From NCBI RefSeq assembly GCF_028368995.1, contig NZ_JAQNDL010000003.1, positions 160,001-224,000 of the forward strand: 64,000 bases of DNA. The letters are read 5' to 3'. A model generated the notes under the pieces. That model saw nothing but the letters and a program-made list of their open reading frames with translations. It ran no database searches and was not told the origin of the DNA. The stretch's first letter is position 1. Each line of letters begins with the position of its first letter. The DNA is from Nannocystis bainbridge. Lineage in GTDB: Bacteria > Myxococcota_A > Polyangia > Nannocystales > Nannocystaceae. Below, piece after piece: positions 1-9,538 of the stretch. Position numbers and translations under genes: made by a program.

Positions 1-720
1 CACCCACGCGTCGTACGCCTGGGCCTCGACGTTGAACCGGTAGTCGCGCCAGCTCCACCCCTGCGGCCGCGCCTCGGTGCCCACGTGGAGCTCGAAGCGC
101 TCCGCCTCGGCGCGAAACGGCTGGTACTCGAGCGCCACCAGCAGCGGCGGCTCCTCCCCGGCGTCGATCTGCTTGGTCGAGTGGCCGAGGAACTTCATCC
201 GCGTCGAGCCGAGCTCGATCTCGGCGCCTCGCTGCAGCCGCGCCGCGATCGGCTGGCCGGGCCGCACGCGCTCGGTGACCTGCTCGGCGGTCACCACCAG
301 CCGCGGCTTGCGGCTCGGATCTTCGACCTCGACGACCTCGACCCGCCAGCGCTCGAACCACGCCTCGCGCACCGACTCGTAGCCCGCCGAGAGCAGGCTG
401 ATCTCGCGGCGCACCGGCGCCCCCATGCCCTCGAAGATCAGCATCAGCGTGATCCCGCTGCCGCCCGGATAGCTGCCGTCGGGGCTGGCCTCGATCGATT
501 CGACGGTCACGCCTTCAAAATGCACCGTGACCCCGCCGCCGAGCGGCAGCCGCTCGTTCGGCGCGAGCGTCATGCGGGGTGCGGGGCTGGCGGGCGCGGT
601 GGTCTTCGGCGGATCGGGGGGTTGCATGGTCGGCGCGGGGGCAGGAGCGGCGCACGCGGCGAGCAGGCAGACCACGAGGCCGCCGCGCGCCGCCATCGCA
701 TCGCGAATCACAGCACTCAT
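1..720 (-). CDS. Hypothetical lipoprotein (3' end runs off the window start)
   Basis: Manual translation from ATG 720: MSAVIRDAMAARGGLVVCLLAAC (lipobox), Pro-rich linker, open frame to base 1. ATGA overlap with the A2M stop (717-720). Confidence 0.7.
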   Translation of the reverse strand, partial: MSAVIRDAMAARGGLVVCLLAACAAPAPAPTMQPPDPPKTTAPASPAPRMTLAPNERLPLGGGVTVHFEGVTVESIEASPDGSYPGGSGITLMLIFEGMGAPVRREISLLSAGYESVREAWFERWRVEVVEVEDPSRKPRLVVTAEQVTERVRPGQPIAARLQRGAEIELGSTRMKFLGHSTKQIDAGEEPPLLVALEYQPFRAEAERFELHVGTEARPQGWSWRDYRFNVEAQAYDAWV

Positions 721-3700
721 TCGACGATCACCTTCGCGCTCCACCCGCGGCCGAACGTCTCCGGGTGGTACATCTCCTCCGCCTTCGGCGGCGGCACCAC
801 GAACACCCCCGGCGTGGTCGCCAGCGCCACGTACGTGTATGTGTGCACGCCCTCCCACAGCAGCGAAGTGAACGCCTCGGCTCGCTCGTCGCGCAGGTTC
901 TGGTGCTCGAACCACGGGCGGTTCCACCACCACCACGGCGACTGCTTGCTCAGCGCCTGCGGGTCCTCCGGCAGCGCCCCGGTCGTCATCAGCGCCGGGT
1001 TCTGCGGCTCGAGCCCGGCCGGCAGCGGGTCGACCAGCGCCACGTGGTAGCGGCGGGTCGGCGCCACCATCGTCAGGCGCACCCGCACGCGCGCCCCGCC
1101 CTTGATCCGCCACGTCCCGTCGGCGTCGCGCTTTACGTCCTTCGGGTCGTCGATCGGCTCGTACGCGCGGTCGACCACGAACCCGTGATCGCTCGGCGGC
1201 ATCATCAGATCGGTCGGTGCGTAGCGCATCCCGATCCGGTAGTACAGGCGGCCTTTGCCCTCCTTTTGCAGGATCAGGTCGCCCGACCCGATCGCCGCCA
1301 CCTCCGCCATCGGGATGTCGATCCGCCGGCGGTCGGTCTGCCGACCGGCGAACTTCTGCTCGCCGGCGTAGCGCGCTCCCAGCCACACCCGCGCCACGAA
1401 ATCGGGCGTGATCTTCTCGTAGGTGTTGAAGTAGCGGTCGAGCGCCACCAGCACGAACGCGTTCTCCTGCGTGCTGCTCCACCGGCCCGCCTTGCGGTGG
1501 GCCATCAGCCCCTCGACCAGCTTCGGGATCAGGTCGCTCTTCGGCTGATCGGCGATCAGCGCCTCGAGCATCAACGCGTCGACCCGGCGGTCCGAGTGCA
1601 GCAGCACGTGCCCGCCGTCGCTGTACGAGGTCACGAAGTGGGCCGCGCCCGCGGTCTCCTCGGCCCGGTTGCGGACGATCAGGCGGATCGCCTCGAGCTC
1701 GGCGGTCGAGGCCGGATCGCCCTGCAGCGCCGAGTACAGCCACGCCACCGCCTCCATCCCCATCTTCTCGATCCCGCCGGCCTCCTTGATCAGCTCGCGC
1801 GCCGCCGTCGGGTTGCCGCGGCCGAGCTGGCGCAGGGTGTAGAGCGCGTAGGCCCGCAGCACCTGCTTCTCGACCGGCCCGTACGACTCGGGGATCCGGT
1901 AGCGGATCGACTGCAGGTAGTTGACTGCCTTTTGGGTCATGTCCTTGGGGACATTGAAGCCCTTGGCGTCGGCGCGGGCCAGCGCGTGCGCGACGTGGAT
2001 CGAAAGGTACGGGTACGAGCGCTCGCCCCAGCGCCAGAAGCCCCAGCCGCCGTCATAGTTCTGCAGCTTGGCCAGCCGCAGCAGGTCCTGGCGCACGCCG
2101 GCCTCGAGCTCCTTCGGCGGCGGCAGGCCCTCGGCCGCGAACGCGGACAGCACGTCGCGCAGCGACGCGATCGCCATCACCCGCGACGACACCTGCTCCG
2201 CGCAGTCGAACGGGTAGCGGACCAGGTACAGCAGCGCGTCGGTCAGCCCGGCCAGCGCCGTCGAAGTCGTCGTCACCTCGAGCCCGCCGAACTCGCGCCA
2301 CACCTGGCCCGGCGCCTTGACCGGCTGGGCCACCGCGCCGCTGTCGAGCGTGCCGTAGGTCGCGAACGCCTCGGTGGTCGCCGGCGTCCACACCGGCAGC
2401 GACACCTCGGCCGCGTCGGTGTGCTTGCCGCTGGCGACCGCGAATTGGAACCGCGCCGTGCCGGCCAGCTCGGTCGTGGCCGGGAACCGGACCTCGACCC
2501 GGTCGCCCGCCGGCACCTGCACCTTGCGACCTGTCCCTGCGGTCAGCTTGGCATTGCCGGCGCGGACCGCCACCTCGACCGTCAGCGGCTTCTTGCCCTG
2601 GTTCTGCACCACCACCGGCAGCTCGAGCTTGTCGCCGAAGTTGAGGAAGCGCGGCGGCGACGGCCGGACCATCAGCGGCCGGCTCGCGGTCACCGTCGCC
2701 TCGCCGCTGCCGAACGCGCCCGTGCCCGCGGCCGCGACCGCCATCACGCGATAGCGCGTGAGGTTGTCGGGCAGCTTGAGCTTCACCTGCGCCTTGCCCT
2801 TGCTGTCCGTCGGGACAGCCGCGGCGAACAGCGCCAGCGCGCTGAAGTCGGTCCGCAGCGCGATCGCCCCCTCCTCCTGCTGCGCGCCCGACTCGTCGTC
2901 CGTGGGCTTCGAGACCTCGGCCTTCTTCTCCTCCTCCGGCGCCGGCGCCATCACCGGCGCCCCCGGGGCCATGCCGGCGTTCTTCTTGCTCGCCCGCTTC
3001 GGCGCGGCCTCGGCCCGATCGTCGCTGTCGCCGTCGCGCGAGCTGCCGACCGCGCCCGTCAGCTGCAGCTTGGCCAGATCGGGCCGCGCCAACAGCAAGA
3101 GCTCGCGCAGGTGATGCTCGCGCACCCCGCCGTCGCGGTCGAGGTAGAACGTCGCCACCGGGTCGGGCCACGAATAACCGGTCAGCGACAGCACCGCCTC
3201 GTCGACCACCGCCAGCGCCACCTCGCCGCCGGCGACCGGCTTGCCCTCGGCGTCCTTCAGCTCGACGTCGACCACCGTCTCCGCACCCGGCGGCAACTCC
3301 TCGTCGCGCGGCTTGGCCGTCAATTGCAGCGTGCGCCGGCGCGGCGGGACCCGCAGGTTGACCGACCCGGCCGCATACGCTGGCCGCGGGGCCAGGCCCG
3401 GATCGGCCGTCCCGTCGTCGCGGGTCCGCGGGGCCGCGCCGACCAGGTCGACGTGGACGTGCAGGTTCGGCACGTGGCCCTCCTCGATCGGCACCCGCAG
3501 CTTGGCCGCCCCGTCCTCGACCTTGAACCGCTCGCTGCGCACCAGCCCCGAGCGGCGGATCGTCATCACGCCCTCGGCCTGCGGCCACGGCGACACCACC
3601 AGCAGCTCGGCGACATCGCCGGCCCCGTACTCCTTCTTGTCGGTCAGCAGCCCGACCTTCTCCTGCTCGATCGTGCGGCTCGGCGGCGTGTCACCGCCCG

Positions 3701-6700
3701 CCACCCACAGGTCCGTGCGCGTCACGCTGGCGCGCCCGCGGGCGTCGGCCACCGTCGCCTCGAGCCGCAGCGTGCCGCCGCGCCGGGCCACGAAGTCACA
3801 GCGGGCCGCACCCTTGCTCGAGCTGACCGGGCAGTTCTGGGTGTCGACGACCTTCTCCGTCCATTGCCCGCGCTCCTGCACCCACTCGAATTGCTGGGCC
3901 AGCACCGTCGCCGTCTTGCCCTCGATCAGCTTGCCGTCGAGGTCGGCGATCACCGCCTCGACGCTGAACTTGTCGCCCTTGTTGTAGAACGGCCGCGACG
4001 TCTTGAGCCCGACGTAGAGGTCGGCCGGATGGACCACGAGGCGGGTGCGCCCGGTCCATTTCTGCCGGTTCACGTCCTGCGCCGAGCCCTCGGCCGTGAC
4101 CGTGTACGCGCGCGCCGGCCGGCTCCACACGAAATCGGCGCGGATCCGGTGCTGGCCGGCGGCGTCGGTCTTGCCGGTGAACGTGAACTCGCGCCCCTGC
4201 GGTCGGGCGTCGCGGCGCCACCAGGACCAGCTCTCGGTGAAGCCGAAGCTGTACTCGTCGAGCCCCGGCGGGCTGAAGCTCGCCGGCTCGCTGCGCACCC
4301 GCCAGTCGACTTCTGCGCCCGCGAGCCCGCCGCCCGAGAAATAATTGGCGCTCAGCGTCAGCTCGGCGCTGGTGCCGACCAGGTGCGGCCCCGGCGACGC
4401 CTCGACCTTCACCTCGTACTCCGGCCGGCGGAACTCCTCGACCTTGAGGTTGTGATAATGCGTGCGCCCGCCGACCTCGATGTGCAGCGGCGCCGGCCCG
4501 GTGTTGATATTACCCGGCAGCGCCAGCGTCAGCTCGAACCCGCCGGCCGCGTTGACCGGCACCTCGCCCTTCAGCACCTCGCTGCCGCGCGGGTCGTAGA
4601 GCCGATAATTCGCCGTCGACGCCGAGGTCAGGCCGATGTCGCCGCGCTCGCCCCCGCCGACGCTGCGCACCCAACCCTTGACCTTGGCCGTCTCGCCCGG
4701 CTTGTAGAGCCCGCGGTCCTCCGCCACGTAAAAGCGGTAGTCGTCGCCCTGCGAATACGCGCTCCAGCCGGTCGAGTCGGGCGAATAATAGTACATGTTC
4801 TCGGGCACGAACGCGACGTCCCCGCCCTTGCTGGCGATCAGCAATTGCCCGCGATCGCCCAGCGGCAGGGTCGCCAGCCCGTCGGCCCCGCTCCGCCCCG
4901 TCCCGCCCTGCGGCACGATCTTCACGTCGACCCCGGAGAGCGGCGCCCCGTCGGCCAGGTTGGTCGCCCACGTCACCATCTCGCCGGGATCGACGAACGC
5001 GGTCAGGCCGATGCGGGTCACCTGCGCCCACGCCATCGCGTACTGCCGCTGCCAGCAGTCCCGCGGCTGCCGCGGCGGCTCGACGAACGCGATCACGTGC
5101 CCGAGCCCGTTCTTCAGCGCCGGCGACAGATCGATCGCCGTCTCGACCAGCGCGTCGGGCCGGTCGTCGACCTTGACCGTCGTCGTCGCCACCAGCCGCC
5201 CCGGCGGCGGCGGGATCGGCTTGCCGTCGCGGCAATCCATGTCGCGGCGATAATTGAGGTACTTCCCGTAGTCCTCCGGCGTGATCGCGAACAGCTGCAC
5301 CTTCAGCTTCGGCCGGTTGATCGTGAACACCGAGAGCTTCGGCCCGCCGCTCGGATCGAGGACCACGAAATCGCGCGGCGGCCCCTGCAGCTGCGGCTCG
5401 GCGCGCGTGGTCGTGAACCGCGACACGGCCGGCTTCTCCGACGCCTGCCCGAACACGTCGGGCAGCCCGGCGGCGACCGTCACCGAGTAGGTCGTGCGGC
5501 CGACCGTCGCGCCGGTGATGGTGATCGTATTGCCGCCGGCGCTGATGTTCATGCCCGGGATCGACGGCTCGACATGGACCGATTTGGGGTCGAAGCGCTC
5601 GAGGTCGATCGGATTTGTGAACTCGACCTGCAGCGGCATCAGCGGCCGGCACTCGCCGCCCCAGCTGCAATGCGCCCCGGTGTGCTGCATCGGCCCGTAG
5701 GTGTAAAAACCGAACGAGTGGGGCAGCTTGGTGCGCCGCGGCCCCTCGGCCGACGGCGTGCCCGCCCCGACCGTCACCGAGACCGAGGTCCCGCGCGGCA
5801 GCGGCTCGACCGCCCGGAACGCCACGCTGCGCCCCGGCTCGCTCGCCGCCACCAGCCCACGCGCCGTCGCGTCGGCCTCGATCTCCGCCGCGGTCGCCAG
5901 CCGGATCGCCCGCTTGCCGCCGGCGTCGACGGTGAGGACCTCGAGGACCGCCTGCGGATCGATCTTCTGATCGAAGCCGACCACCATGACCGGCTCGAGG
6001 TCATGTGGGCCGCCCATCGGCGTCATGGTGAGCACCTTCGGCGGCGGCGTCGAGAACGTCCACTCCTTGGCCGTGGCCAGCGCCCCGCCGACGCTCGACT
6101 TGACCTGCGCCGGCACGCGGACCTTGTAGTCCGTCGCCATCGGGAACCGCCCCTCCGGTTCGAACATCACGGTCTTCGCCCCGACCCACCGCCACGATCC
6201 GGGCGGCTGCGGCGACAGCTCGACCGGCACCTTCAGCTTGGCAAGCTCCGCGTGGCTCGTCACCGCCACCATCGGCTGCGAGAACGACACCGAAAGATGC
6301 GGCGCCAGCTCGACCTCGCCCTCGGGCATCGACCGCGTCACCGCCAGCGGCCCCGCCTCGGCCCGCTCCGGCGCCGCCGCCTCGGCCGGCGGCGGGAAGG
6401 CCTGCGTCACCGTCTTGCCCGGCCGCGGCGCCGGCAAGCTGCTCTCGCGCAGGGCGAAGTTCTGCCTGTCACCTGTCTTTTCGGTCAGCGCCGGCAGGCG
6501 CGCCAGCAGCTTGGCCGCGCGCGCCTCGGACAGCGGCTCCGCGGGCGCCGGAGGCCGCCCGGCCAGCGCCCCGCCCTTCGGCTCCTCGCTCGCGCGCAGC
6601 CGGACCTCGAGCCCCTCGGGCGCGTCCTGCGGCGCCTTCTGCAGGTCGATGTCCCGCGTGCCCGACTCCGCCGACAGCGGCCCGTCGGGCACCGCCACCA

Positions 6701-6794
6701 CCACCGCCGAGCCCTTGGTGGCCGGACAGCTCGTCATCAACGCGAGCGAGAGACTGGAAGCGCAGACGATTCGGAGCGGACGACCGGGACGCAC
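717..6794 (-). CDS. Bacterial alpha-2-macroglobulin family lipoprotein (Ig-like/MG domains, thioester)
   Basis: 2025 aa. Lipobox LALMTSC, DRGLYKPGE, EEFRRPEYEV, LAVVDEAVL, LPDNLTRYRV, thioester YPFDCAEQ, STQENAF, C-terminal AEEMYHPE. Confidence 0.95.
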   Translation of the reverse strand: MRPGRPLRIVCASSLSLALMTSCPATKGSAVVVAVPDGPLSAESGTRDIDLQKAPQDAPEGLEVRLRASEEPKGGALAGRPPAPAEPLSEARAAKLLARLPALTEKTGDRQNFALRESSLPAPRPGKTVTQAFPPPAEAAAPERAEAGPLAVTRSMPEGEVELAPHLSVSFSQPMVAVTSHAELAKLKVPVELSPQPPGSWRWVGAKTVMFEPEGRFPMATDYKVRVPAQVKSSVGGALATAKEWTFSTPPPKVLTMTPMGGPHDLEPVMVVGFDQKIDPQAVLEVLTVDAGGKRAIRLATAAEIEADATARGLVAASEPGRSVAFRAVEPLPRGTSVSVTVGAGTPSAEGPRRTKLPHSFGFYTYGPMQHTGAHCSWGGECRPLMPLQVEFTNPIDLERFDPKSVHVEPSIPGMNISAGGNTITITGATVGRTTYSVTVAAGLPDVFGQASEKPAVSRFTTTRAEPQLQGPPRDFVVLDPSGGPKLSVFTINRPKLKVQLFAITPEDYGKYLNYRRDMDCRDGKPIPPPPGRLVATTTVKVDDRPDALVETAIDLSPALKNGLGHVIAFVEPPRQPRDCWQRQYAMAWAQVTRIGLTAFVDPGEMVTWATNLADGAPLSGVDVKIVPQGGTGRSGADGLATLPLGDRGQLLIASKGGDVAFVPENMYYYSPDSTGWSAYSQGDDYRFYVAEDRGLYKPGETAKVKGWVRSVGGGERGDIGLTSASTANYRLYDPRGSEVLKGEVPVNAAGGFELTLALPGNINTGPAPLHIEVGGRTHYHNLKVEEFRRPEYEVKVEASPGPHLVGTSAELTLSANYFSGGGLAGAEVDWRVRSEPASFSPPGLDEYSFGFTESWSWWRRDARPQGREFTFTGKTDAAGQHRIRADFVWSRPARAYTVTAEGSAQDVNRQKWTGRTRLVVHPADLYVGLKTSRPFYNKGDKFSVEAVIADLDGKLIEGKTATVLAQQFEWVQERGQWTEKVVDTQNCPVSSSKGAARCDFVARRGGTLRLEATVADARGRASVTRTDLWVAGGDTPPSRTIEQEKVGLLTDKKEYGAGDVAELLVVSPWPQAEGVMTIRRSGLVRSERFKVEDGAAKLRVPIEEGHVPNLHVHVDLVGAAPRTRDDGTADPGLAPRPAYAAGSVNLRVPPRRRTLQLTAKPRDEELPPGAETVVDVELKDAEGKPVAGGEVALAVVDEAVLSLTGYSWPDPVATFYLDRDGGVREHHLRELLLLARPDLAKLQLTGAVGSSRDGDSDDRAEAAPKRASKKNAGMAPGAPVMAPAPEEEKKAEVSKPTDDESGAQQEEGAIALRTDFSALALFAAAVPTDSKGKAQVKLKLPDNLTRYRVMAVAAAGTGAFGSGEATVTASRPLMVRPSPPRFLNFGDKLELPVVVQNQGKKPLTVEVAVRAGNAKLTAGTGRKVQVPAGDRVEVRFPATTELAGTARFQFAVASGKHTDAAEVSLPVWTPATTEAFATYGTLDSGAVAQPVKAPGQVWREFGGLEVTTTSTALAGLTDALLYLVRYPFDCAEQVSSRVMAIASLRDVLSAFAAEGLPPPKELEAGVRQDLLRLAKLQNYDGGWGFWRWGERSYPYLSIHVAHALARADAKGFNVPKDMTQKAVNYLQSIRYRIPESYGPVEKQVLRAYALYTLRQLGRGNPTAARELIKEAGGIEKMGMEAVAWLYSALQGDPASTAELEAIRLIVRNRAEETAGAAHFVTSYSDGGHVLLHSDRRVDALMLEALIADQPKSDLIPKLVEGLMAHRKAGRWSSTQENAFVLVALDRYFNTYEKITPDFVARVWLGARYAGEQKFAGRQTDRRRIDIPMAEVAAIGSGDLILQKEGKGRLYYRIGMRYAPTDLMMPPSDHGFVVDRAYEPIDDPKDVKRDADGTWRIKGGARVRVRLTMVAPTRRYHVALVDPLPAGLEPQNPALMTTGALPEDPQALSKQSPWWWWNRPWFEHQNLRDERAEAFTSLLWEGVHTYTYVALATTPGVFVVPPPKAEEMYHPETFGRGWSAKVIVE

Positions 6795-7174
6795 GCCGCG
6801 ATTGTATGCGCACGCAGCCGGGCCCGATACGCCCGCCCACGGGGCGATTTCGTCCGATCCGCGCGCTCAGGGTTCGACTTCGCAGCGCCCGCGAGCCTCG
6901 CCCGCGCGAAAGCTCCCGCCCGATGCAGGAAGATCTCGAAGCATCATCGCAGCCCACCTCCGATGAAACACGTTCTTCATGGCCCATTCCACCATTCACA
7001 ACACCATCACACTGCTCATTTACGACACGACATCGAATGCAACGAACGCATCAATCCATTCAAATCATGGCACCACCCAATACAAAGACCCCCGACGCCG
7101 GGTCTCTCGGACCACTCGCATCGGGGGCGTTCGTCACCGCCGGCAGTCGCTGACGGTGTCTGCGGCGCGCGGGT

Positions 7175-8404
7175 TCAAGCGCCGTCGCCGAGCCGGCGCG
7201 CGAGCATCTGCAGGCGCGAACGGGCCAGGCCCATGCTGCTGCTCGTGCGATCGAGCTCGACGAACAGGTAGCAGCCGGTCCGCGGCGTGCGCTGCAGCAG
7301 GTGCAGACGGGGGCCGCGCGTCACGAGGATGTCGTCGATGCAATCGTCGACATCCTCACTATGGAGGAGGCGGGTCAGCGCGTGGACCAGCCCGTCGTCG
7401 AGCGGGTCGCCGCGGCGGGCCAGGAATTGCCCGCGGTCGCTGTCGAGCAGCGCCGCCGCCTGGGCGCCGTCGAGCGCCATCGCCTCGTCGAGGCACGTGC
7501 GCATGGCCGCGTCGATCTCGAGCGGCGGCGCGATCAGCCGCGGCAGCGCCGGCGGCTCGACCAGGCCCGCCGGCGTCGGCAGCAGCTCCGACAGCGCGAA
7601 CGTCATGCTGCTGGTGTAGCGGCGCTGCTGCGGCACGAACATCACCACGTCGTGGCGGCGCTCCATCAGCTTCTGCAGCTTGGCCGCCAGCCAGCGCTGC
7701 AGCCGCTGCTCGAGCGCCTCGGCGGTGACGATCTCCCACTCGATCAGCACGTCGGCGAAGTGCCGCCCGGCGGTGAAGCACTCCTCCAACACCGCGGTGA
7801 CGTCGTCGGCGCGCACGTCCGGCAGGTCGCGCAACAGGTCATGGAGGGAGCCTGTCTCCGAGGACAGGTGCACCCACGCCACGCGTCCGCCGTGGAAGAA
7901 CACCCGCCCGACCTCGGTCCCGCTGCGCAGCAGCAGATCTCCCCCGGGGCTCGCGGCCGCCTCGGCCAGCGCCGCCGTCAGCCCCGGCGTCGCCGTCGCC
8001 AGCGCCAGCGCCCGCTCGGCCGCCTGCACCCGCGCCACCACCTCGCAGCTCGTCAGCGGCTTTACCAAAAAGTCGTCGGCCCCGGCGGCGAATCCGTCGA
8101 CCATATCGGCGTGGCGGTTCCTCGCCGTCACCAGCACCACGTGGGCCAGCGGGCGCCGCGGCATCTCACGCAGCCGGCGGCACACCTCGATCCCGGTCAT
8201 CCGCGGCATCATCCAATCGAGTAGTACGATCTGCGGCGGCGCGGCCTCGCTGAGGTAACTCCACGCCGACGCCCCGTCCTCCGCCTCGCTTACCGCATAG
8301 CCGCGCTCTTGTAATGGACCGGAGAGCATCGCCCGCGCCACGGGATCGTCGTCGGCGACGAGGACGCGAGGTTGAGGTGCGTTCGACGGAGCGTAAAAAT
8401 TCAT
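7175..8404 (-). CDS. Response regulator: REC + DUF4388-like middle domain + C-terminal roadblock/LC7-like domain
   Basis: VLVADDD, LLDWMMP, VTA, GADDFLVKP. The C-terminus (EAMALDGAQAAALLD...DDILVT...LHLL...LFVELDR..SMGLAR) resembles the C-terminus of the neighbouring gene. Start could be 8452. Confidence 0.85.
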   Translation of the reverse strand: MNFYAPSNAPQPRVLVADDDPVARAMLSGPLQERGYAVSEAEDGASAWSYLSEAAPPQIVLLDWMMPRMTGIEVCRRLREMPRRPLAHVVLVTARNRHADMVDGFAAGADDFLVKPLTSCEVVARVQAAERALALATATPGLTAALAEAAASPGGDLLLRSGTEVGRVFFHGGRVAWVHLSSETGSLHDLLRDLPDVRADDVTAVLEECFTAGRHFADVLIEWEIVTAEALEQRLQRWLAAKLQKLMERRHDVVMFVPQQRRYTSSMTFALSELLPTPAGLVEPPALPRLIAPPLEIDAAMRTCLDEAMALDGAQAAALLDSDRGQFLARRGDPLDDGLVHALTRLLHSEDVDDCIDDILVTRGPRLHLLQRTPRTGCYLFVELDRTSSSMGLARSRLQMLARRLGDGA

Positions 8405-8668
8405 GGCCGGTACTTCGAACCGAGAATCGTCGGTCCATGCCTGGTTGTCCATGGGATTGTTGGACGGAGCCGCCGCCCGGGCAATCACCCGCGCGCCCTT
8501 GAACGGCAATGTACACACCTTCTACAGCTCACGTACGGCCCCACGGACAGCTGTACGCGGACGATCGCACATAGTACATATCTCGAGGCATACACGCGAT
8601 TACCGCCCGCTTTCACCGATTTCCTCTTGCGCGAGCAACCATCACGTGCGACCTTCGCCCGCAGGTGA

Positions 8669-9499
8669 ATGGCTGGCGATTCGAGCGCACGCACTCTTGT
8701 AGTCGGCGACGTGGCCGCAATCTCGGGGCTCCCGGCGTCGGCACTCGACGATGCCTGCGCCGGCACCCAGGTCTCGCGGCCGGTCCTGCGCTCGGAAGTG
8801 CTGCGAATCATCCGCGACGAACCCGTCGACGTCATGATCACGACCGGCGGCGCGACGTTCCTGGCCGGCGAGGAGTTCCTCGCCGCCTTCGCCGCGCGCG
8901 AGGCGCCGATCGCGGTGTTGATGGCGACGCGGCGCACGGACACCAAGGTCCTCGCCCGCCTGCGCGAAGCAGGCGTCCCCGTCGAGCGCATCGAGTTCCC
9001 GATCGACGTGGACGAGCTGCGGGACCGCGTTCAGGCCAGCTTGCGGGCGGCGCACGAACCGCGCCCGCAGCCGGACCCAGACCCGACCATTGCGCACCCG
9101 GAATCCGACGAAGCACAGGTTGAAGAGGAGAGCATGCCCAACATCAACAAGACCCTCGAAGAAGCGATGAAGATCGACGGCGCGATCGCGGCGGCGCTGG
9201 CCGACTGGGAGTCCGGGTTCTGCCTCGGCACCGCCGGCGGCGGCACCCGCCTCAACATCGAGATCGCGGCCGCGGGCAATTGCCAGGTGGTCAAGGCCAA
9301 GATGGCGACCATGAACGAGCTCGGCATCAAGGGCGCGATCCATGACATCCTCATCACGCTGGACGACCAGATCCACCTGATCCGCCCGCTCCGCCGCGGC
9401 GACACCCTCTTCCTCTACGTGGCGATCGACAAGGTCAAGGGCAACCTCGGGCTCGCGCGCCACCGCCTGCAGAAGCTCGAGGCCGAGCTCGTGGTGTGA
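8669..9499 (+). CDS. Degenerate receiver-like domain fused to a roadblock/LC7-like protein (internal start with RBS at 9134)
   Basis: C-terminal 121 aa: MPNINKTLEEAMKIDGAIAAALADWESG...AAAGN...HDILITLDDQIHLIRP...NLGLARH. GAGGAG precedes in-frame ATG 9134. The N-terminal part has a REC-like pattern without the phosphoacceptor Asp. Confidence 0.8.
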   Translation: MAGDSSARTLVVGDVAAISGLPASALDDACAGTQVSRPVLRSEVLRIIRDEPVDVMITTGGATFLAGEEFLAAFAAREAPIAVLMATRRTDTKVLARLREAGVPVERIEFPIDVDELRDRVQASLRAAHEPRPQPDPDPTIAHPESDEAQVEEESMPNINKTLEEAMKIDGAIAAALADWESGFCLGTAGGGTRLNIEIAAAGNCQVVKAKMATMNELGIKGAIHDILITLDDQIHLIRPLRRGDTLFLYVAIDKVKGNLGLARHRLQKLEAELVV

Positions 9500-9538
9500 T
9501 TGCCCCGCCGCCGCCGCCGCCCTGTCGTGACAGCAAGA

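Noticed and set aside
579-7271. 2230-aa plus-strand ORF
   Set aside because: Antisense shadow of the A2M gene, Arg/Pro-rich with no motifs, typical of high-GC DNA.
6963-7271. His-rich small ORF (MKHVLHGPFHHSQHHH...)
   Set aside because: It lies in a CA-rich, lower-GC spacer with no RBS and runs antisense into the regulator gene. Probably a compositional artefact.
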